DNA of 64,000 bases from Hyphomicrobiales bacterium (GTDB lineage Bacteria > Pseudomonadota > Alphaproteobacteria > Rhizobiales > JACESI01): positions 21,141-85,140 of the forward strand of contig JBDXGY010000003.1 of assembly GCA_039989895.1 (NCBI GenBank), read 5' to 3'. Below the pieces are notes generated by a model. It was not told the DNA's origin and did no database searches. It was given only the letters and a program-made list of their open reading frames with translations. Positions 43,555-50,284 of the stretch are shown one piece after another (position 1 is the first letter of the stretch; every line of letters starts with the position of its first letter). The position numbers and the translations under genes are program-made.

Positions 43555-44192
43555 TTATGTTCCTTTACAGCTATGGAACTGTTTTAATTATGTTATTCAT
43601 GATCAAGCTATCTTATTGCCAGATAGTCTCAATTGCATTCTCACTAATATGGCATAGATATTTTGTCCTGTGGTGGTATGCCCTGTGAATTATGTGAAAA
43701 TTAAGGCATGAAGGTACTATTGATTTGGTATTGGAGCAAACCGATATAGCTAAGGCGTTTATGGTGCCTCTCACAGATGGACGATAAGCGTTAATCTTGC
43801 ATAGCATCAACACTAATACAGGGCGCGCGGGCTACGCAGATTAACGAGGCTGCCTCAATGGCAGGATAGTTATTATGGTTATTTAATCAGTGCCCTCAAA
43901 GTTGATCCGCCCCGTAACATCTCAATCTTAAAGTCAAGAAAACCATAAACCATTGTTATAATTTTATCTGCACGTAACGGCGCGTAATAGACGTTAGTTA
44001 TCAAAACATCAACAAAAGCAATTTTACTTGAACGTCTATCAGGCATGGCATAACATACTCAGGTGTATCTATATGATGCACATGATTGGAATGGAATTCG
44101 AAGGGTAAAGATCTATTTTTTATTTTAAAATCAATAATTTAACTTTTTGAATTAGCATTTTAAATTTTGCAATCTAGGGAGGAGAAAGCATA

Positions 44193-45296
44193 ATGAATAA
44201 GAAACTAAGAGCTTTATCGGCAGCCGTATTCATGGCTGGCACGATGCTAGGAGCCGCCACAACAAGTCAGGCATTGGACTTTGGCAAAGATGGCGAAGCT
44301 GTTAATCTAGTGATCGGTTATCAGCCTTATTACACTGAATCTTGGTCTGGTGTTGTGAACAATGGCAAGGCGTTTTGGAAGAACCACCTGCCAGAAGGAT
44401 CAACAGCTGAGTTTCAAGTAGGTCTTCAAGGATCCGTTATTGTGAACGCAATGACCGGTGAAAAACAGCATATCGGCTATATGGGTGATATGCCTGCAAT
44501 CGCTTCTACATTCCGTAATCTTAAGGATCGTGGCGGCACTGACATGCGTATTGTTGCGACACTTGGAACGTCAAAACAGCAATGCAACATCTTTTTGGTG
44601 CGCAATGACGCTCCAAAATTCGCAAATGGTGTCGACGCCGTTAAGTGGATGGATGGCAAAGTAACATCAGCTCCACATGGTGCTTGTACAGACCGTTTTG
44701 CTCAACTGGCTTTTAATAAGGCTGGCATTAAGCCAAAGCGTTACCTGAACCAAAACATTGAGGTTATCACAACTAACTTCCGTGCCGGCAAACTTGACGC
44801 TGCTGCGATTTGGGAGCCAACAGCGACCAAAATGGTAAAAGCTGGCTTGGCGAGACGCGTTGCGACTGGTGAAGACTTTAATGCATTGGATGGCGCCTTT
44901 ATGGTGATGTTGAATGATCTTATTCAACAGCGTCCTGATGTTGTTAAAGGTTGGCTCAATGCTGAGCTTGATGCACAGCTTTACATTGCTGATCCTGCCA
45001 ATGCCGATTCTGTCGCGACCATGGCAGAAGCTCAAACAGAGCAAATTGATAAATCAGTTTTATCAGCCGCTCTTTTTGAAGGCCCGTCAGGTACAACAAA
45101 ATTGAGTCTTGATTTTGAGATCAATGACCGTGCACAAAGCCTGTTGAAAGATGCAACTGCATTCCTTTACAGCCTTCCTAAAAAGCCTGCTGCGGCCGCT
45201 ACTATTCGCCCAGATGGCGTAATGCCTAATTTTGCGGCAGAAGTGCTTGCAGAACGTGGTCTTACATCACCAGTAGGTGTCATTTCATCAAAATAG
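44193..45296 (+). CDS. msmE: Periplasmic substrate-binding protein, NitT/TauT (SsuA/TauA/NMT1-like) family; candidate methanesulfonate-binding protein
   Basis: Signal peptide MNKKLRALSAAVFMAGTMLGAATTSQA, with a strong SD (GGGAGGAG) 8 nt upstream. It is the first gene of a five-gene ABC operon. The msmE name rests on context with msmABCD, not on a measured alignment. Confidence 0.6.
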   Translation: MNKKLRALSAAVFMAGTMLGAATTSQALDFGKDGEAVNLVIGYQPYYTESWSGVVNNGKAFWKNHLPEGSTAEFQVGLQGSVIVNAMTGEKQHIGYMGDMPAIASTFRNLKDRGGTDMRIVATLGTSKQQCNIFLVRNDAPKFANGVDAVKWMDGKVTSAPHGACTDRFAQLAFNKAGIKPKRYLNQNIEVITTNFRAGKLDAAAIWEPTATKMVKAGLARRVATGEDFNALDGAFMVMLNDLIQQRPDVVKGWLNAELDAQLYIADPANADSVATMAEAQTEQIDKSVLSAALFEGPSGTTKLSLDFEINDRAQSLLKDATAFLYSLPKKPAAAATIRPDGVMPNFAAEVLAERGLTSPVGVISSK

Positions 45297-45314
45297 CTCC
45301 ATAAGTCGGAGAAA

Positions 45315-45350
45315 ATGGTGGCGATTTTACTTCAGTAAAATCGCCACCAT
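45315..45350 (+). other. Perfect 15-bp stem-loop in the SBP-permease spacer (intra-operon attenuator/mRNA stabiliser candidate)
   Basis: ATGGTGGCGATTTTA-CTTCAG-TAAAATCGCCACCAT, 19 nt after the SBP gene stop. No U-tract follows. Confidence 0.5.
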
Positions 45351-45553
45351 ATAAAAATTAGCTTGGCAAATTTGATGTAGTTTTCTGAAATTTTAAATTT
45401 TGAGAACCATCCGCAAGATCAATCGATGGATGCTCCTTGATAGCAACTGCGCTCAAAAGATGTGAACTAAACTAGGGTCTTGGCAAAGTTAATTTTAGTC
45501 CAATACTGAGCACTCTAGTCACGAGGCGAATAACAAAAGACAACAGGATTGTA

Positions 45554-46441
45554 ATGACTGATATATCTGTGAAAACGACACCTAAAACGATGACTACGGC
45601 GCCTACCGGTTTTGCGATGTACATTTATCGTTTGAAGCAATCATTCAAAACGCCAAAGCCATACCTCACTGTCTTTGGTATATTTTTATGGATTTTCACC
45701 TACTGGTTGCTTTGTGAAGCACTGGGTATTTGGCGATTTGATAAAATCCCTGGACCGGTTGTGATTGCCAAAGAGTGGTTTTCAACAACACCTTTCCAAG
45801 GCATTTCTGTTTTCACCTCAGAATATTATGAGCACATTCTTGTCAGCTGCCGGCGCATAGCCATTGCATTTGCCATTGCAACAGGCGTTGGTGTGCCAAT
45901 TGGATTATTCATGGGGTGGTCCCGCAAAATTCGCGATTTCCTCTTTCCAATTCTAGAAATTCTTCGCCCAATCCCAATCTTAGCATGGGTACCTTTGGCC
46001 ATTTTGATGTTTGCAGGCTTCGAAGGTCCGGTCATTTTTCTTGCAACACTAGCATCCTTATTCGTCACAGTTTTGAATACAATGCTCGGTGTTGATTCAA
46101 TCGACGAAGAATATTTCCGCGCCGCAGGGTGTTTAGGCTCTAGCAAATGGCAAATTTTCACAAACATCGTCGTGCCTGGCGCTCTGCCGTATATCTTTAC
46201 CGGCCTTCAAATTTCAATTGGCGTTGCATGGTTCTCTCTTGTTGCCGCCGAGATGGTGTCTGGTGACTATGGACTAGGCTATCTAATCATCGACTCCTTC
46301 ATGAACAATGTAACTGTCCCGATGGTTATTGGCATGCTTACGCTGGGCTTTATCGGATGGTTTACAGCTATCATTGTTCGGATGGTCGGCAATAAATTGA
46401 TGGACTGGCATGTTCGCGAATTAGCTCAGCAGGGTCGCTAG
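45554..46441 (+). CDS. msmF: ABC transporter permease (NitT/TauT family), first of two
   Basis: 295 aa with about 6 TM helices. EAA-loop region in a BPD_transp_1-like pattern (DEEYFRAAGCLGSSKWQIFTNIVVPGALP). Confidence 0.6.
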   Translation: MTDISVKTTPKTMTTAPTGFAMYIYRLKQSFKTPKPYLTVFGIFLWIFTYWLLCEALGIWRFDKIPGPVVIAKEWFSTTPFQGISVFTSEYYEHILVSCRRIAIAFAIATGVGVPIGLFMGWSRKIRDFLFPILEILRPIPILAWVPLAILMFAGFEGPVIFLATLASLFVTVLNTMLGVDSIDEEYFRAAGCLGSSKWQIFTNIVVPGALPYIFTGLQISIGVAWFSLVAAEMVSGDYGLGYLIIDSFMNNVTVPMVIGMLTLGFIGWFTAIIVRMVGNKLMDWHVRELAQQGR

Positions 46442-46518
46442 TATTAAAGCGTGAATACAAAGGTTTTTATTTCTTATGAATTTTACCAACACAAATAAAT
46501 CAGGAAGGCCGTTCACCA

Positions 46519-47355
46519 ATGGATAAGCCTAGATCACGGGGTGCCTTGAGCATTCAAAATGTGACTAAAATTTATGACCCTGAAGGGGTCAATGTAATGG
46601 CGGTTGATGACTGTTCAATGGAAATCGCCGCAGGTGAAGTCTGCATGATCGTCGGACCTTCAGGCTGTGGCAAAACCACATTACTTAACGCCATTGCTGG
46701 CTTTCACTCTGTCACCCATGGCCAAATCCTTATGGACGGAGAATTGCTGTGTGGTGGTGTAAAGCCAAAGGCCGATCAAGGGGCTGATCGTATGGTGGTG
46801 TTTCAACATGGGGCTTTGTTCCCTTGGAAAACGCTTACTGAAAATGTCGCTTATGGCCCTATGGTCCAAGGCATTTTAAATAAATCACAAGCAATGGAAA
46901 AAGCGCGCGATATGCTATCGGAAGCAGGCCTTGGGAACGTTACGGAAAAATACCCTGGTGAAGTTTCTTCGGGCATGGCACGTCGGGCCGAGATTGTCCG
47001 CGCCTTGATCAATGATCCAAAAGTCTTGTTGCTGGACGAACCTTACCGGGCAATGGATGCTCTCACTAAGTCAATCATGCATGAGGCGCTTCTTGAGACC
47101 TATGACCGCACGAAAGTGACCATATTTTTCATCACGCATGATCTAGAAGAGGCAATTTTCCTCGGTGACAAAGTGCATGTGGTTACGACCCGTCCATGTC
47201 AGTTAAAGAAGACTGTTGAAGTTAATATTCCACGACCTCGGTCATTCGAGACTCAATCCTCTGAAGAATTCCGTCTGCTGATGGAAGAGGTTAATGAAGC
47301 TGTGCATGAAGAGGCCATTAAAGCCTTTCAGGCTGGCGAACGTGAGATGGCTTAG
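46519..47355 (+). CDS. msmG: ABC transporter ATP-binding protein (NitT/TauT family), first of two
   Basis: Walker A GPSGCGKTT, signature-like VSSGMARR, and Walker B LLLDEP. Confidence 0.6.
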   Translation: MDKPRSRGALSIQNVTKIYDPEGVNVMAVDDCSMEIAAGEVCMIVGPSGCGKTTLLNAIAGFHSVTHGQILMDGELLCGGVKPKADQGADRMVVFQHGALFPWKTLTENVAYGPMVQGILNKSQAMEKARDMLSEAGLGNVTEKYPGEVSSGMARRAEIVRALINDPKVLLLDEPYRAMDALTKSIMHEALLETYDRTKVTIFFITHDLEEAIFLGDKVHVVTTRPCQLKKTVEVNIPRPRSFETQSSEEFRLLMEEVNEAVHEEAIKAFQAGEREMA

Positions 47356-47372
47356 GGGCGAAAGTAAAAATA

Positions 47373-48239
47373 ATGACCGATGCAACAGTAGAAAACAAAC
47401 CAGTGAGAGCAGAACCGGTACGCCGTTCAAAGCTCCAAAAACTAATCCAAAGCACAACATTTTGGCGTGGTGTTATATCAATTGTGACGTTTTTGATCCT
47501 ATGGGAAATAGGATCTCGGTTTGGTGAATTAACCGGTACAGGATGGGAATTACCATTTGTTGGAAAGATTCCACCTCCCTCCGCTGTTTTTGTCAGCTTC
47601 CTCGAAGTAATCCCTAACATTGGATATTGGAACAGCTGGCTCCAAAGCACCAAGCGGGTTATGTCAGGGTTTATTGCTGCCATGGTCCTTGGAATACCTT
47701 TTGGCCTCGCGCTTGCAGTTAATAAGTATTTTCGAGATATCTTTTTTCCACCCTTTGAGGTGCTGCGCCCTATCCCGCCTTTGGCTTGGGTTCCTGCGTC
47801 GCTTATCTTTTGGCCAACCAATGAAATGTCGATTGCATTTGTGACCTTCTTGGGTGCCTTCTTCACGATTGTGATTAATGTGATCGGTGGAGCACGTTCA
47901 ATTGATGTTCGCTATTTGCGAGCGGCCCAATCAATGGGTGCCTCACAATGGGATCTATTCAGTAAGATTATACTACCTGGAACATTGCCTTCCATCTTTA
48001 TTGGTGCCGCAGTTGGCATGGGTATTACTTGGGAAGTGGTTCTTGCCGCTGAAATGATTTCCGGCGGTGGCACACAGGGCGGTGGTGGCCTTGGGTTCTT
48101 TATCTGGAATTCTTACATCGGGGGCTCTTTGGAGCAGGTCGTTGTTGGCATGATTTCAATTGGTATAGCTGGTTACTTATGTTCTAGCGCCATCCGCGTA
48201 CTGGGTACTTTATGCATGCCTTGGCGCCGGCTATTTTAA
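47373..48239 (+). CDS. msmH: ABC transporter permease (NitT/TauT family), second of two
   Basis: 288 aa and paralogous to 45554-46441 (DVRYLRAAQSMGASQWDLFSKIILPGTLP). A glycine-rich loop GGGTQGGGGLG is unique to this copy. Confidence 0.6.
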   Translation: MTDATVENKPVRAEPVRRSKLQKLIQSTTFWRGVISIVTFLILWEIGSRFGELTGTGWELPFVGKIPPPSAVFVSFLEVIPNIGYWNSWLQSTKRVMSGFIAAMVLGIPFGLALAVNKYFRDIFFPPFEVLRPIPPLAWVPASLIFWPTNEMSIAFVTFLGAFFTIVINVIGGARSIDVRYLRAAQSMGASQWDLFSKIILPGTLPSIFIGAAVGMGITWEVVLAAEMISGGGTQGGGGLGFFIWNSYIGGSLEQVVVGMISIGIAGYLCSSAIRVLGTLCMPWRRLF

Positions 48240-48266
48240 GTTTAGATTTTTGGAGATAACGAAATT

Positions 48267-49139
48267 ATGCACGATCTATATGGAAAAATCTGCCGCGAAC
48301 CTGCCGAACGCAGGAACAGTGGTGACATAGAAAAGCAAAGTAAGATCGAAATTAAAAATCTCTCAAAATCCTATGGTGATGAATGGGAGTCAGAGCAGGT
48401 TTTAGAAAATCTGGACCTCATGGTGAACCCGGGTGAGATGACAGTTATTGTCGGCCCTTCAGGGTGCGGCAAATCTACTCTCGTCAATCTTATCGCGGGT
48501 TTTGAAAGCCCAGACGAAGGTAGCATCCTGCTGGATGAAAAGCAGATAACAGGTCCAGCGAAAGATCGGATGGTCGTGTTTCAAGAAACAGCACTCATAC
48601 CTTGGCAGACCACCTATCAAAACATCGTCTTTGGTCCAAAACTACGTGGCGATATCAAAGGGGCAGAACTTAAGAAGAGAACTGAAGACCTTTTAATCAA
48701 AGTTGGACTTGGTGAGTTTATGCATAAATACCCGTTGCAACTTTCAGGCGGGATGCAACGGCGGGCTGAGTTGGCGCGTGCTCTTATCAATGAGCCACGC
48801 GTGATGATTATGGATGAGCCGTTTCGTGGCCTTGATGCTATGTCACGCTCACTCATGCAGGAATTCTTCTTGCAACTGTTTGATGAAAACAAAAGAACCA
48901 ACTTGTTTGTTACCTCTGAAATTGATGAGGCAATTTTCCTAGCTGATAATTTGATTATACTTTCAAATAAACCCACGACGGTACGTAAAATTATTCGGGT
49001 TAATCTACCCCGTCCGCGTAACTATAAAATGCTTAGCTCACCTGAAGCTTACGAAATCAAACGTGAAGCAATGGAAATTCTCCATGAAGAAGCAATGAAG
49101 AACTTCAAGGGTACGGGCTCTGATGAGGCCGCTGGATAA
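48267..49139 (+). CDS. ABC transporter ATP-binding protein (NitT/TauT family), second of two
   Basis: Walker A GPSGCGKST, signature LSGGMQRR, and Walker B MIMDEP. Confidence 0.7.
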   Translation: MHDLYGKICREPAERRNSGDIEKQSKIEIKNLSKSYGDEWESEQVLENLDLMVNPGEMTVIVGPSGCGKSTLVNLIAGFESPDEGSILLDEKQITGPAKDRMVVFQETALIPWQTTYQNIVFGPKLRGDIKGAELKKRTEDLLIKVGLGEFMHKYPLQLSGGMQRRAELARALINEPRVMIMDEPFRGLDAMSRSLMQEFFLQLFDENKRTNLFVTSEIDEAIFLADNLIILSNKPTTVRKIIRVNLPRPRNYKMLSSPEAYEIKREAMEILHEEAMKNFKGTGSDEAAG

Positions 49140-49208
49140 TTAAGAGCCTAGATTATTCAAAAGATGCAATGTTTAACAATGCTATGACCTTTGGGAAGGA
49201 TAGTGTGA

Positions 49209-49460
49209 TTGATTGATATTTTAATCTTCATATCGCAAAGACCCGTCGTCATAACGCTTGCGATTCTTGGTGGATTGCTCGTGACATCGGCCAGTTTATT
49301 TTCAAATCCCAAACAGAACAATCAACCAAACAATGGTAAGCCGAAGAGGCGAGAGCCTACAAAGCTCTCAAAGCGGCTTATAGTCGCTGGGTATTCGGTC
49401 ATGTTTGTTAGTATGGCACTCTTCATTATCGCTGGTTTCGTCTCAGATTTGAGACCATGA
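49209..49460 (+). CDS. Small two-TM membrane protein (83 aa), hypothetical
   Basis: TTG start with GGAAGGA 8 nt upstream. Two hydrophobic helices are separated by a basic, Asn/Pro/Lys-rich loop (NNQPNNGKPKRREPTK). Confidence 0.35.
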   Translation: MIDILIFISQRPVVITLAILGGLLVTSASLFSNPKQNNQPNNGKPKRREPTKLSKRLIVAGYSVMFVSMALFIIAGFVSDLRP

Positions 49461-49554
49461 TAAGACAAATAATATTAAGTGTTATTTGATCACACTGTTT
49501 GCTATTATTGAGTTTACTAGGTTCGAGAGTTTAAGTGTAACTGATGGCAAAAAA

Positions 49555-50277
49555 ATGCTGATTGAGGTAAGCGGACTGCATAAATCCTTTAAAGGACAAA
49601 TGGCGGTCAACAACGCAAATTTCTCCATTGAAAACCCTACTATTGTTGGCTTGCTTGGCTCTAATGGTGCTGGGAAATCCACCACCATGCGAATGATGGC
49701 TGGCATACTAAAACCTGACAGCGGTGTGGTGCGTATTGTCGGTCATGACATCATCAACGATCGCCTATCCGCACAAAGTAATCTTGGCTATCTTCCCGAA
49801 GCCGCTAGCGGGTTTTCAAATGTCACCGCGCTTGAATTTCTCAAGTTTGCAGCGAGTGCCCAAGCATTAGAAAGACAAGACCGCAAACACGCCGTAGAAG
49901 CTGTCATTGATCGTCTTGATTTGTCATCGATCACAGGAACGACACTTGGCACACTCTCTAAAGGCTGGCGGCAACGTGTCTGGTTGGCGCAGGCGCTCAT
50001 CCATGATCCCAGCGTCTTGATACTTGATGAGCCAACCGATGGCCTTGATCCCAATCAAAAACTCGTGCTGCGAAAATTGCTACAGGAAGTCGCAAAGACA
50101 ACCGCCATTATCATGTCCACCCATATTCTTGAGGAAGCGGAAAACCTTTGCGAGCAAGTGATTGTGATGAATGAAGGAAGCATAGTTGCTAACCTGCCCA
50201 CACAAGATTTGCTGGACAGCGAAGGGCGTTTAGCAACAGCTGTTCTAGATTTAACAACCTCACAAGTGGGGCACTGA
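49555..50277 (+). CDS. ABC-2-type transporter ATP-binding protein (GldA/CcmA-like)
   Basis: MLIEVSGLHKSF start, Walker A GSNGAGKST, signature LSKGWRQR, and Walker B LILDEPTDGLD. The start is taken at ATG 49555; the track's TTG start is at 49486. Confidence 0.75.
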   Translation: MLIEVSGLHKSFKGQMAVNNANFSIENPTIVGLLGSNGAGKSTTMRMMAGILKPDSGVVRIVGHDIINDRLSAQSNLGYLPEAASGFSNVTALEFLKFAASAQALERQDRKHAVEAVIDRLDLSSITGTTLGTLSKGWRQRVWLAQALIHDPSVLILDEPTDGLDPNQKLVLRKLLQEVAKTTAIIMSTHILEEAENLCEQVIVMNEGSIVANLPTQDLLDSEGRLATAVLDLTTSQVGH

Positions 50278-50284
50278 TATTTCC

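Noticed and set aside
43613-43813. 66-aa minus-strand ORF in the chvI-importer spacer
   Set aside because: It has no ribosome-binding site and an odd Cys/His/Ile-rich composition, and it sits in AT-rich promoter DNA. I treated it as non-coding.
43555-44192. Possible guanidine-I (ykkC) or other riboswitch upstream of the NitT/TauT-type ABC operon
   Set aside because: No GGUCCGAGAG or ACGR...GGGA conserved blocks were seen. The region is AT-rich with only short dyads.
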